A stretch of 64,000 bases of DNA, from contig CAVOMG010000003.1 of NCBI GenBank assembly GCA_963696985.1, positions 257,747 to 321,746 of the forward strand. The letters are read 5' to 3'. This stretch comes from an uncultured Thermoplasmata archaeon. GTDB lineage: Archaea; Thermoplasmatota; Thermoplasmata; Lutacidiplasmatales; UBA184. This document shows, in pieces, positions 18,476-27,594 of the stretch. The notes under the pieces are model-generated. The model did no database searches, was not told where the DNA came from, and saw only the letters and a program-made list of their open reading frames with translations. The number at the start of each line of letters is the position of its first letter. Position 1 is the first letter of the stretch. Position numbers and translations under genes: made by a program.

Positions 18476-19498
18476 GTGGGGCTCCCGTTCGGCGAGATCG
18501 TCCACTCCCAGGAGGTCCCTTGGACGACCCTCGCCGGGCGGCTCCTGGCCGTCGACGGCAACAACGCGGTCTACCAGTTCCTTGCGACCATCCGGCAGCG
18601 CGACGGCCAGCCGTTCTCCGACCCGGAAGGGCACGTCACGAGCCACCTGATCGGGGTCCTGTACCGCACGACGTCGCTCCTGGCCCAAGGCGTCCGACCG
18701 GTCTGGATCTTCGACGGCCAACCCCCGGAGCTCAAGGCCGGTACCTTGAGCGCCCGGTTCCGCGCGAAGGAGCGCGCGGAATCGGAGTGGAAGGAGGCGG
18801 TCGCCCGCGGGGATTGGGAGACGGCCCGCCGGAAAGCGTCGGCCACGTCCCGGTTCACCCGTCCGATGGCCGCCGAGGCGATCGAGCTCCTGCAGGCCCT
18901 TGGGGTCCCCACGGTACAGGCGCCGTCGGAGGGGGAGGCCCAGGCCGCCCGGATGGCCGCCGACGGCCGGGTGTGGGCCGCCGGCTCGGAGGATTACGAT
19001 AGCCTGCTCTTCGGCGCGCCCCGATTGGTGCGAGGACTGGCGGCCCGGGCCCGCTCGGGGGACCAACCGGCCGCGCAACTCGTCGTTCGGGAAAAGCTCC
19101 TCGGGGAGCTCGGAATCTCCGGGGAGGAGCTCATCCTCCTCGGCCTGATCGTCGGAACCGACTTCAACGACGGAGCGAAGGGGTTCGGGCCGAAGAAGGG
19201 CTTGAAGCTCGTCCAGCGCCACCTCGGCTGGGACGAGACGCTACGCGCCGCGAACCTCGTGCCGGAAGAGATCGCCCCGGCCGCCGAGATCTTTCGAACC
19301 CCCCAGGTCGCGGAGGTCGGGGATCTCACGTTCCGGCCGATCAATTCGGAGGCCGTGGAGCGGATCCTCGTCGAAGGCCGGGGATTCTCCGCCGATCGGG
19401 TCCGTTCGGCGGTCGACCGGGCGCGGCGGGCGCCGCCGGTCGCGGCGCCGCCGGATGGGCGGCACCAGAGCCAGCTCGATCGCTTCGGAGGACCGTGA
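18476..19498 (+). CDS. fen: flap endonuclease 1
   Basis: 'LAVDGNNAVYQFL', 'HLIGVLYRTTSLL..GVRPVWIFDGQPPELK', 'APSEGEAQAARMA', 'SEDYDSLLFGAP', 'LIVGTDFN'. GTG 18476 gives the usual FEN1 N-terminus (VGLPFGEIV). Confidence 0.92.
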   Translation: MGLPFGEIVHSQEVPWTTLAGRLLAVDGNNAVYQFLATIRQRDGQPFSDPEGHVTSHLIGVLYRTTSLLAQGVRPVWIFDGQPPELKAGTLSARFRAKERAESEWKEAVARGDWETARRKASATSRFTRPMAAEAIELLQALGVPTVQAPSEGEAQAARMAADGRVWAAGSEDYDSLLFGAPRLVRGLAARARSGDQPAAQLVVREKLLGELGISGEELILLGLIVGTDFNDGAKGFGPKKGLKLVQRHLGWDETLRAANLVPEEIAPAAEIFRTPQVAEVGDLTFRPINSEAVERILVEGRGFSADRVRSAVDRARRAPPVAAPPDGRHQSQLDRFGGP

Positions 19499-20989
19499 AG
19501 CTCTTCGAGGCGGTCCCGAACTACTCCGAGGGCCGGGACCCGGCGAAGGTCGAACGGATCGTTCGGGCCGGCCGATCGGTGGACGGCGTCTCCGTGCTCG
19601 ACGTGGAGTCGGACTCCGCCCACAATCGTTCCGTCGTGAGCCTCGCCGGACCCGGCGAGCCGCTCCTCGAGGCCCTCGTCCGGATGGCTCGGGCGGCGAT
19701 CGAGGAGATCGACCTCAACCGCCACGTCGGGGAGCACCCCCGGATGGGGGCCGTCGATGTGGTCCCGATCGTGCCGTTCGGCGACGCCACGATGACCGAG
19801 GCCATCGCCCTGTCCGAACGGCTCGCCCAGCGGGTCTGGACCGAGCTCGGTCTGCCGGTCTACCTCTACGCCGCGTCGGCCCGACGCCCCGAGCGCTCGG
19901 ACCTCGCCGTGGTCCGACACGGCGGCTTCGAAGGGATCCGGGATTCGATCGCGACCGACGCGGCGCGCGCGCCCGACTTCGGCGAGGCGCGCGTGCACCC
20001 GACGGCGGGCATCGTGGCCATCGGAGCCCGCCCGGTGTTGATCGCCTACAACGCCTATCTTTCCACCCCGGACGTCGCGGTCGCCCGCTCCATCGCCCAC
20101 GCGGTGCGGGCTCGGGACGGAGGACTCCCTACGGTCAAGGCACTCGGCTTCGAGATCACCGACCGGCGCCAGGCCCAAGTCTCGATGAACCTCACGGACT
20201 TCCACGCGACCCCGATCCATGCGGCGCTCGAGGCCGTCCGGACCGAGGCGGCCAAGCGGTCGACTTCGGTCGTCACGTCCGAGATCGTCGGCCTGGTTCC
20301 CGAGGATGCCCTCCTCGACGCCGCCGAGTTCTACCTGAAGCTCGAGCGGTTCGATCGCTCGGCGATCCTCGAGCGACGGATGCAGGTCGCCGCCACGAGT
20401 CCGGGAGAGGCGGCGGACCTCGGCTCGCTGAGCCTCACGGCGTTCGCCGCCCGGGTCGCCGCCCGGACGCCGACCCCTGGGGGTGGCAGCGTCGCCGCCG
20501 CGGCCGCCGCCTTCGGCGCCGCCCTCGGGGAGATGGTGATCCGGGTACTCTCGGGTCCCGGACGGCCCCGATCCCGAGCTCGACGAAGCTCTCGCCGACC
20601 TCGGGCGGGCCCGGACCCGCCTCCTCGAGCTCATCGATGCGGACGCAAGCTCCTACGAGGCGGTCCGGGCCGGACGGCGCGACCGCAAAGCCCACCCGGA
20701 CGATGTTGAGGCGCGTCAAAGGCACCGGGCGGCGCTCCGCCAGGCCACGGAAATCCCGCTCGAGACCGCCCGCCTCGCCCGGAGCGCCGCCGACCTCCTC
20801 GAGCGGATCCGGGGCCGGATCAAGCCGGTGATCCTGAGCGATCTCGTCACCGGCCAGGCCCTCTTGAGAGCCTCCGTGGAGGGAGCCGCCGCCAACGTCC
20901 GCACGAACCTACGCGACCTCGCGGCCGAGGGGATCGACACGCACGGGCTCGAGGGGCAGCTCGCCGAGCTCACCGGGGAGCCGTCGTGA
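19495..20989 (+). CDS. ftcD: glutamate formimidoyltransferase / formimidoyltetrahydrofolate cyclodeaminase (bifunctional); frame broken once
   Basis: N-terminal 'LFEAVPNYSEGRD...NRSVVSLAG...HPRMGAVDVVPIVP' (formiminotransferase). 'TPTPGGGSVAAAAAAFGAALGEMV' opens the cyclodeaminase domain. After the C4 run 20566-20569 the third frame reads 'DPELDEALADLGRARTRLLELIDADASSYEAV...ATEIPLETARLA...LSDLVTGQALLRASVEGAAANVRTNL...*'. The stop at 20987-20989 overlaps the next GTG. This part is not represented in the ORF track. Confidence 0.85.
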
Positions 20990-21651
20990 CGATCGACCGA
21001 CCCAAGATCCTCATCAACTGCGCGATCTCGATCGACGGTCGCCTCGCGTACGCCGCGGGCCGTCGGGCGCGGCTCTCCGGACCCGAGGACCTCCTCCGGG
21101 TCCAGCGCCTCCGGGCGGCGGCCGGAGGGATCCTGGTCGGCGCGGGGACCGTGGTGCTCGACGATCCGACCCTGAGGGTTCACTGGGACCTGCTGAAGGA
21201 GCCCGAGCGGGCCGGCCCGACCCGGATCGTCCTCGACTCGATGGGCCGGATCCCCGAGACGGCCCGGGTCCTCGATGGCTCGGCCCCGACCTTGGTCGTC
21301 ACTTCCGAACGCAACCGGCGGCGGTTCCCCCCGGCCGTCGAGACCGTGGTCGCGGGCACCGAGCGCGTCGAACTTGGCCGGCTCTGGCCGCTGCTCGCCG
21401 CGCGCGGGATGCCTTCGGTGCTCGTCGAGGGGGGCGGCAACGTCATCGCGAGCGTGCTGAGGAGTGGGATCTTCGACCGGCTGACGGTCTACGTGGCCCC
21501 GGTGGTGATCGGGGGGCGGACGGCCCCGAGCCTCGCCCTAGGCCCGGAGAGCCCCGATGCTGGCTCGGTCGTCCAGATGCAGCTCTTGGGCGTCGAGCGG
21601 CTCGGCGAGGGGGTCCTCCTGTCCTGGGGGCCAGGTCGCCCACCCGCGTGA
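20986..21651 (+). CDS. 2,5-diamino-6-(ribosylamino)-4(3H)-pyrimidinone 5'-phosphate reductase-like (RibD C-terminal/DHFR-fold) protein
   Basis: 'ILINCAISIDGRLA', 'LRVQRLRAAAGGILVGAGTVVLDDPTL', 'VLVEGGGNVIASVL..GIFDRLTVYVAPVVIGG'. Confidence 0.78.
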   Translation: MTIDRPKILINCAISIDGRLAYAAGRRARLSGPEDLLRVQRLRAAAGGILVGAGTVVLDDPTLRVHWDLLKEPERAGPTRIVLDSMGRIPETARVLDGSAPTLVVTSERNRRRFPPAVETVVAGTERVELGRLWPLLAARGMPSVLVEGGGNVIASVLRSGIFDRLTVYVAPVVIGGRTAPSLALGPESPDAGSVVQMQLLGVERLGEGVLLSWGPGRPPA

Positions 21652-21697
21652 CCGCGAAGTTATCTTCCGGGCCGCGTCGGCCCGCCTGAGGGATCGC

Positions 21698-22675
21698 GTG
21701 AGGCTCGTCCACTTCGTCCTGGCCGACCAGTTCCACTTCGGGATGATCACCGACCAGAACGAGTATATCGACCTCGACACGGCCTGCCGGGACTACTTCG
21801 GGGTCAACCCTGTGAAGGGCGCCGACCCGAGCCGGTTCCGCGACATGCGGGCGTTCTTCCAGGGCGGCCCGGAGTCGGTGGAGATCACGCGCAAGATCCT
21901 CGAGTACATCGACCGCCGTCGGAAGGCGGGTTGGACGCCGAGGGCCGCGACCGGGGCGCGCTTCCTCTTCAAGCCCGAGGAGGGAGTCCGACTGCTCGCG
22001 CCGGTGATCTCGGGGTCGAAGATCTACTGCCTCGCGACCAACTCGAAGAGTCACGTCGCCGAGCAAGGGAAGCCGACCCCGACGCAGCCGTACGCTTTCA
22101 CCCGCTTCTTCAACAGCCTGGTCGGCCCGAACGAGCCGCTCGTTCTCCACCCGGCAGGGACGTTCCCCGACGTCGAGCTCGAGCTCGCCGCGGTCGTCGG
22201 GCTCCGGGGGAAGCACATCCCGGCCGCCAAGGCGATGGAGCACGTCGCCGGCTACACGATCGCCCTCGACATGGGCTACCGGGACCTTCAGTACCCCCCG
22301 GGAAGCGCGGTCGACTGGGTCATGGGGAAGGGGTTCGATGCGAGCATGGCCGTCGGCCCGTGGGTGATCCCGAAGGAGGAGGTCGGCGAACCGTACCCCC
22401 TCCGCATGGAGCTCAAGGTCGGCGGGACCGTCCGCCAATCCGGCGACACGTCGGACTACATCTTCCGGATCCCCCAGGTGATCGAGCACCTCACGAAGGG
22501 GATCACCCTCGAGCCGGGCGACCTCATCTCGCTCGGGAGCCTGGGCGGCAGCCCGGGATTCGAGTTCGGAAAGGAGAGCCGCAAGCTCAAGGCCGGCGAT
22601 TCGATCGAAGGGTCGATCGAGAAGATCGGCCGCCTCGTCGTGCCGGTTAAGGCCGAAGCTCCGCTTCCCCCCTGA
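21698..22675 (+). CDS. fumarylacetoacetate hydrolase (FAH) family protein
   Basis: 'KIYCLATNSKSH', 'ELELAAVVG', 'HVAGYTIALDMGYRD', 'WVMGKGFDASMAVGPWV', 'GDLISLGS'. GTG 21698; upstream ORF residues overlap the ribD-like gene out of frame. Confidence 0.8.
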   Translation: MRLVHFVLADQFHFGMITDQNEYIDLDTACRDYFGVNPVKGADPSRFRDMRAFFQGGPESVEITRKILEYIDRRRKAGWTPRAATGARFLFKPEEGVRLLAPVISGSKIYCLATNSKSHVAEQGKPTPTQPYAFTRFFNSLVGPNEPLVLHPAGTFPDVELELAAVVGLRGKHIPAAKAMEHVAGYTIALDMGYRDLQYPPGSAVDWVMGKGFDASMAVGPWVIPKEEVGEPYPLRMELKVGGTVRQSGDTSDYIFRIPQVIEHLTKGITLEPGDLISLGSLGGSPGFEFGKESRKLKAGDSIEGSIEKIGRLVVPVKAEAPLPP

Positions 22676-23852
22676 GGACGAGGAAGAGGGCGACGTTCGG
22701 CGGGAGCTCGAGGAGCTCCCCGGGGGCGCCCCGGACCGGCGGGTCGAACGGATGATCGACCGCCTCGCGCAGCTCGACCCGCACCGGCGCGGCGCCGGGA
22801 TCGGGGACGAGGGCATCGCGGAGCGGCTCGAACGCGTCGAGCCGGTCCCGGTCGAGCGCGACGACCCGGAAGCCCGTTCCCCCATGCAGCGAGCCGGGCA
22901 GCCGGATCAATCGGTGGATGTCGGTGGTCACGGGCGCGTCGGTCTCCCCTTGCATCTCCACCGAAGCGGACTTCAGGACCGTCTCGAAGAGCTCGGTCGG
23001 AACCTTCACCGGGAAGGCTTCGAGGGTGAGCCCCTCCCGGAGCCGGGCCGCCCCGCCCTCCTTGATCAGGAACCGGGCCATCTGGCGGGCGGCCCGCGGT
23101 TCCGCGCCGGCCTTCACGAGGTCCGCCTCGACGGCCGCGGGGTCTCCGGTCTCCCAGCGGTGGAGAAGCTCGAGGAGGCCACGGGTCGTCCGCCCGCGCC
23201 AACCCGGAGCGTCCGGGGGCGGGAGCCTCCGGAACGATCGGGTCCGGCGGGTCCCTTCGTCGAGATGCCGCTCCTCGAGGATCGAGCCCGCGACATCGAG
23301 GTCGGTCCCGGAGAGGTAGTCGACGAGCTCCCGACGTTCGGCGCTCGAGAGGGGCCAGAACCGCTCGTCACGGACGTGGACGTGGTATCCGCGCCCGCCG
23401 GAAAAGACGATGCCGGCTTGGGCGGGATCGATCCCGAAATCGCTCGTGAGGAAATCATCGTAGAGCCGCTTCAGTTGCTGCTTGACGAGTCCGAGCTGGT
23501 CCGAGTAGCCCAGCGATTCGGCGCCGCGGAGATGGTCCGCGTCGAGGTCGAAGATCAGGTCCGCGCCGAGCCACTCCTTCTCCGCCATCGAGGGGTGATC
23601 GGGCCGGGCGTAGTACGCCGAGGAGTAGTAGACGTGGCGGGGGACGGTCGAGGCGAGGTACTCCCCGAGCGCCTCCGAGGTCGGGAGGGTGGCGTGCCGA
23701 CGCATCATCGTCTCGGTGGCGAAAGGGAACGCCGCGAACTCGCGCCGCGCGAGCTCCGAGGGCGGATCGATGTGGGTCCGCCGGTAGTAGCGCGCGAACC
23801 GGTCGCGGGCCCATCCGAGCGCCGGTTCGGCGAGCGGGACGATCTTGGCCAT
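22647..23852 (-). CDS. priS: DNA primase small (catalytic) subunit PriS
   Basis: AEP primase motifs: 'REFAAFPF', 'HVYYSSAYY', 'LGADLIFDLDADH', 'IVFSGGRGYHVHV', 'VTTDIHRLIRLPGSLHGGTG'. ATG 23852 (MAKIVPL). Confidence 0.9.
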   Translation of the reverse strand: MAKIVPLAEPALGWARDRFARYYRRTHIDPPSELARREFAAFPFATETMMRRHATLPTSEALGEYLASTVPRHVYYSSAYYARPDHPSMAEKEWLGADLIFDLDADHLRGAESLGYSDQLGLVKQQLKRLYDDFLTSDFGIDPAQAGIVFSGGRGYHVHVRDERFWPLSSAERRELVDYLSGTDLDVAGSILEERHLDEGTRRTRSFRRLPPPDAPGWRGRTTRGLLELLHRWETGDPAAVEADLVKAGAEPRAARQMARFLIKEGGAARLREGLTLEAFPVKVPTELFETVLKSASVEMQGETDAPVTTDIHRLIRLPGSLHGGTGFRVVALDRDRLDAFEPLRDALVPDPGAAPVRVELREAVDHPFDPPVRGAPGELLELPPNVALFLVLRGEAELRP

Positions 23853-23869
23853 CGGCCCCTGCTCCCCGG

Positions 23870-24445
23870 CTATTCGGGGAGCTCCTCCACGTTCGCCGGG
23901 GCCGTGGCGTCGTCGCGGGCGTCGTCCCGGCGCTGCCGGGCGAGCATGTGGAAGACCGTCGAGTGCTCGCTCCCCCGCAGGAGCAGTTCCACGGCCTGGG
24001 TCGCATGCTCGAGCTGGCGCTCCTGGCCGATGATCGCGACCGTCGAACCGTAGACGCTCACGGAGCATCCGGAGAGCTCCTCGATCCGCTCCCGGGCCTT
24101 TCCGTGCGAACCGATCAGCCGGGAGCGGATCCTCCAGAGCGCCGCCTTCGCCCTCTTCCCGCTCACGAGCTTGATGTCGAGGACCGCGAGGTAGGAGTCG
24201 TCCCGGAGGAGCCGGCGCGCCCGCTCGGGAGAGAAGCCCCGCCCGATCGCGAGGATCACATCGCGGGCCTTGAGGACGGCGAGGGGATCCCCGTCGTCCG
24301 GTCCGTGGACCCGGAACTCCCCGGGCTCCGGACCGGCCTCGATCTCGGTCCGGGTCGCCTCGGCGAGGGCCCGCTTGGTGGACCCCCCGGGGCCGATCGC
24401 CACGCCGATCCGGTCCTCGGGGATCCGGACATAGACGACCGGCAT
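23870..24445 (-). CDS. KH-domain RNA-binding protein (Dim2/Pno1-like)
   Basis: 'RIPEDRIGVAIGPGGSTKRAL', a second KH 'RSRLIGSHGKARERIEELSG'. ATG 24445 overlaps the RIO kinase stop (ATGA). As far as I recall, the rio-KH pair is a conserved archaeal neighbourhood. Confidence 0.8.
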   Translation of the reverse strand: MPVVYVRIPEDRIGVAIGPGGSTKRALAEATRTEIEAGPEPGEFRVHGPDDGDPLAVLKARDVILAIGRGFSPERARRLLRDDSYLAVLDIKLVSGKRAKAALWRIRSRLIGSHGKARERIEELSGCSVSVYGSTVAIIGQERQLEHATQAVELLLRGSEHSTVFHMLARQRRDDARDDATAPANVEELPE

Positions 24446-25233
24446 CAGCCCTCCGCCTCGGCCCCCATCGTCGCGGCGCCGACCTCCTCCATCATTCGAT
24501 CGGCGGAGGTCTCCACGCCGAGCTTCACGAAATATTTCGCGAAGTTCCGTAGGTCCCGCTCGAGCAGTCCGCGCGCTGCCGGATGGTCTGAGGCGATCGA
24601 TTGGGCGACGTCGATCAGGACGGGCCGACCGTCGTGCAAGAGGACATTGTACGGGGAGAGGTCCCCATGCACAAGTTGGGCGCCGACGACCATCCGGCGG
24701 ATCTCCTCTACCAGATCCCGGTAGAGCGCCTCGGGATCGTCGACCACCGACTCCTGCAGAGGGGGCGAGGGCAGCCCCTCCGGCGTGCCGATGAGCTCCA
24801 TGACGAGCACGTTCCTTAGGTAGCCGTAAGGGACGGGGCATCGGACCCCCGCGGCGGCCAAGCGGCGGAGGATGGTGTGCTCCCGCCGGGTCCAGGCGAA
24901 GATGAGCTGGGAGCGGTTCCGGCCGCTCGCCTCCTTGACGAGCTCGCCGAGGACATAGGGCGGCAGGTGACGGAACATCGTGTTGCCGATCCGATAGACC
25001 TTCACCGCACGGAACCCGCCGGGCAGGGAAGCCCGGAACACCCCGCCTTCCTTCCCGGTCGAGATGGGATAGTCGAGCGATTCGAACTGGCCCTGGGTCA
25101 CGAGCCGGGAGATCGCGAGGAGCGTGGGATGATCGAAGAACTCGTCGAGGAGTTTGCGATGCCGGGCATCTTTCCGGCGGTCCTCGACCCGCTCCTTCTT
25201 CGTCGGGTAGAGGATCTCGTTCGGATCGGGCAT
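24445..25233 (-). CDS. rio1: RIO-type serine kinase (RIO1-like)
   Basis: 'ISTGKEGGVFRA', 'AVKVYR', 'EHTILRRL..AGVRCPVPY', catalytic 'LVHGDLSPYNVLL', 'VLIDVAQS'. ATG 25233 (MPDPNEILY). Confidence 0.88.
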   Translation of the reverse strand: MPDPNEILYPTKKERVEDRRKDARHRKLLDEFFDHPTLLAISRLVTQGQFESLDYPISTGKEGGVFRASLPGGFRAVKVYRIGNTMFRHLPPYVLGELVKEASGRNRSQLIFAWTRREHTILRRLAAAGVRCPVPYGYLRNVLVMELIGTPEGLPSPPLQESVVDDPEALYRDLVEEIRRMVVGAQLVHGDLSPYNVLLHDGRPVLIDVAQSIASDHPAARGLLERDLRNFAKYFVKLGVETSADRMMEEVGAATMGAEAEG

Positions 25234-25354
25234 CTTTCGCGCGCGCACCCCCACGGAGCCTAAAGGATGCTTCCGTCCGTGGCGACCCGGCGGAAGGACG
25301 GCGGGCGGCTCCGAGTTACGCCCCCGTAACCTTCTGTTCATAAGGGTCTGCACC

Positions 25355-25945
25355 GTGTTCCGGGCGATGTCCCGGTTGCTCGGTACGGCCTTCGGCCGCG
25401 GGAACTTCCCTGCCCGATCCGGTAAGTCGCCGCTCTCCGCTCCGGGCGGCGCCCCGAACGCGCCGTTCGAGACGGCCCTCGACCTGCCCATGGACTTCGA
25501 CCGGGTCTTCCGAGTGGTGCGCGAGACGACCCGTTCGACCCTGGGCCTCGAACGGACCGGTCTGGGCCTCGCCCTCTCCGACCTGCCCCCCTCGCTCGGG
25601 GCGTACTGGCCGGTCACCGGCAACCTGATCGTCCTCAATGAAGGGCTCGTAGAGACGATGCGCGCGCACGCGCGGGACCACCGGGAGTTCAACTCGTTCG
25701 TCTTCGTGGTGCTCGCCCACGAGTACCTCCACGCCCTCGGTTACCTTTCGGAGCATGAGGTTCGCCCGGTCACCGCCGACGTGGCGCGCCGGTCGTTCGG
25801 GCCCGTCCACCCGGCGACCCGGATGGCCGAAGGGGACATGTGGCGAATGTACCCGTTCCTTCAGGAGGCTCCCCCGGGCCACGGTCGGCATCTGAAGGTC
25901 GTCCCAGGGTTCGACCGGGCTTCGACGCTGAACTACATCCGATAG
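25355..25945 (+). CDS. hypothetical protein with HExxH zinc-metallopeptidase-like motif
   Basis: 'FVFVVLAHEYLHALGYLSEHEV' contains HEYLH. No other family recognised. TATA-like TTCATAAGG at 25331-25339. Confidence 0.5.
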   Translation: MFRAMSRLLGTAFGRGNFPARSGKSPLSAPGGAPNAPFETALDLPMDFDRVFRVVRETTRSTLGLERTGLGLALSDLPPSLGAYWPVTGNLIVLNEGLVETMRAHARDHREFNSFVFVVLAHEYLHALGYLSEHEVRPVTADVARRSFGPVHPATRMAEGDMWRMYPFLQEAPPGHGRHLKVVPGFDRASTLNYIR

Positions 25946-26026
25946 CGAGTTCATCGCCGGCGGGGCCTCGAGGGGCGTTCCCGCGCGCCCCACAGCCTTA
26001 ATCGGGGGCGAATCCTCCACGCGCCG

Positions 26027-26497
26027 ATGGTCGTGGTCGACGTCTTCATCGGGGTCGCCCTCGTCGTCGCCGGTCTCGTCCTCTTCGCGATGGAGTTCGC
26101 TCACCCGGGCGCTCTCCTCTTCATTCCGGGATCGGTCCTGTTCGTCGGCGGTTTCCTCTACCTGTTCCTCCCCTCGGTGCTCCTCGATAGTCCCTTCGGC
26201 CCCCTCGCGGTCATCGTCGCCGCGGTCGCGGCGGGGCTGCTCGAGATCCCCTACTACAAGTGGGTCGCCCCCACCCATAAGCCGATGACGACGACGTCCG
26301 GGGGCCTTCAGGGCGAGCTCGCGATCGTCACGGTCCCGATCATCCCGAACACCCTCAAGGGCAAGGTCCGCGTCCGGTCCGAGATCTGGTCCGCCTCTTC
26401 CAATCGACCGATCCCCCAAGGGACCCAGGTCCGGGTCGTCCGCGGGGAGGGCGTCTCGCTCTGGGTGGAGCCCGTCGAGACCGGCGTGGCCGCGTAG
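26027..26497 (+). CDS. NfeD-family membrane protein
   Basis: Three or four N-terminal TM helices, then an OB-fold tail 'LQGELAIVTVPIIPNTLKGKVRVRSEIWSASSNRPIPQGTQVRVVRGEGVSLWVEPV'. Confidence 0.8.
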   Translation: MVVVDVFIGVALVVAGLVLFAMEFAHPGALLFIPGSVLFVGGFLYLFLPSVLLDSPFGPLAVIVAAVAAGLLEIPYYKWVAPTHKPMTTTSGGLQGELAIVTVPIIPNTLKGKVRVRSEIWSASSNRPIPQGTQVRVVRGEGVSLWVEPVETGVAA

Positions 26498-26524
26498 CCT
26501 CCGCCACCGCCTCAGGCGAAGTAG

Positions 26525-26530
26525 CTTATA
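26525..26530 (+). promoter_or_regulatory. TATA element (CTTATA) about 28 nt upstream of ATG 26556
   Basis: Sole AT-rich hexamer in the 58-nt intergenic region. Confidence 0.4.
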
Positions 26531-26555
26531 CCGCCTCGACGGTCCCGCCGATCAG

Positions 26556-27242
26556 ATGGGGCGGGGCGAGTTCGCTTTCCCGGGAGCCGGGGCGCTCGTC
26601 CTGACCCTTCTCCTGCTCGCCGCGGGCACCGCCCCGAATCTCTCCCCGGGAGCCCCGTCCGAGAGGCTCACGGTCTTCGCTTCCTCGGCGGCCGCTTCCG
26701 GGGTGCACGCCTACGTGACGTGGGACGGGGTCAACACCACGAGCGCGACCTCCGCCAGTGCGGCGCTGTCGACCAACTTCGCATCGACGATCCAACTCAA
26801 GTACCACTGGTCGAGCGCCTCGCTCTACAATATCAGTGACGCCCGGCTCCAGATGTTCTACTTCGGCTTCGCCCTCTCGACCCGGGACGTCCTCGACTCG
26901 AACCCGATCGCGACCAACAACGGAACGTTCACGATGACCTGGCAGGCCGGCGCCCTCGACTACCTCCTCGAGGGCACGTACCGGCTGACGGCGACGCTGC
27001 TCACTCCCGGGGGCGCCTCCGAGTGGAGCCAATCGTTCTACATCCGGGCCTCGGCTCCGCTGAACGTCCTCGCGGCGATCCCCATCATCCTGATCCTGAT
27101 CGCCATCTACGAGATCTACGGACTCCTGACCGCCGGGCGAACGCCCTCGATGGCGAAGCCCCCGAAGAAGCCGGCGAAGACGCCGCCTTCCGAGGAACCG
27201 GAAACGACCGGCCCGCCCACGGCCGAGGAGGAGAAGAGTTGA
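26556..27242 (+). CDS. secreted/anchored hypothetical protein (signal peptide, sequons, C-terminal TM, Pro/Lys tail)
   Basis: 'GAGALVLTLLLLAAGTA' signal-like. 'NTTS','NISD','NGTF' sequons. TM 'LNVLAAIPIILILIAIYEIYGLL'. 'AKPPKKPAKTPPSEEPE' tail. Confidence 0.65.
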   Translation: MGRGEFAFPGAGALVLTLLLLAAGTAPNLSPGAPSERLTVFASSAAASGVHAYVTWDGVNTTSATSASAALSTNFASTIQLKYHWSSASLYNISDARLQMFYFGFALSTRDVLDSNPIATNNGTFTMTWQAGALDYLLEGTYRLTATLLTPGGASEWSQSFYIRASAPLNVLAAIPIILILIAIYEIYGLLTAGRTPSMAKPPKKPAKTPPSEEPETTGPPTAEEEKS

Positions 27243-27457
27243 GCGCGACCACCCGGGGCCTTGGCTGCGGCATCGTCCTCGGACTCGTCCTCGTGCTGCT
27301 GGGTCAGCAGTTCGGCTTCTTCGACATGAGCGACCTCACCCCGGCGATCGAATACCTGATCGTGGGGGCCGTGGTGTTCGGGATACTCGGCGCCGTCGTC
27401 GGTCTAAGCCTCGGTCGTCGCGCCGCCCACCGAGCGGCGCAGACCCCGTCCGAATAA
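27239..27457 (+). CDS. 72-aa two-TM membrane protein
   Basis: TTG 27239 overlaps the preceding stop (TTGA). 'GLGCGIVLGLVLVLLGQQFGFF...IEYLIVGAVVFGILGAVVGLSLG'. Confidence 0.55.
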   Translation: MSATTRGLGCGIVLGLVLVLLGQQFGFFDMSDLTPAIEYLIVGAVVFGILGAVVGLSLGRRAAHRAAQTPSE

Positions 27458-27594
27458 GGGCGGCCGATCGGGCCCCTGCCCTTCGGATTAGTCTCCTGCC
27501 GCGCTTCGAGGCGCCCGGCGTACACCCCCGACGCGGACAAGGGTAAGTAGGCACGCGACCGTGGGCGGCCCAACCGGGGGCGCCGGCAATCAGC

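Noticed and set aside
25260-25310. Apparent inverted repeat (CTTCCGTCC ... GGAAGGACGG) in the RIO/HExxH intergenic region
   Set aside because: The two half-sites are in the wrong relative order to form a continuous stem, so this is not a real hairpin.
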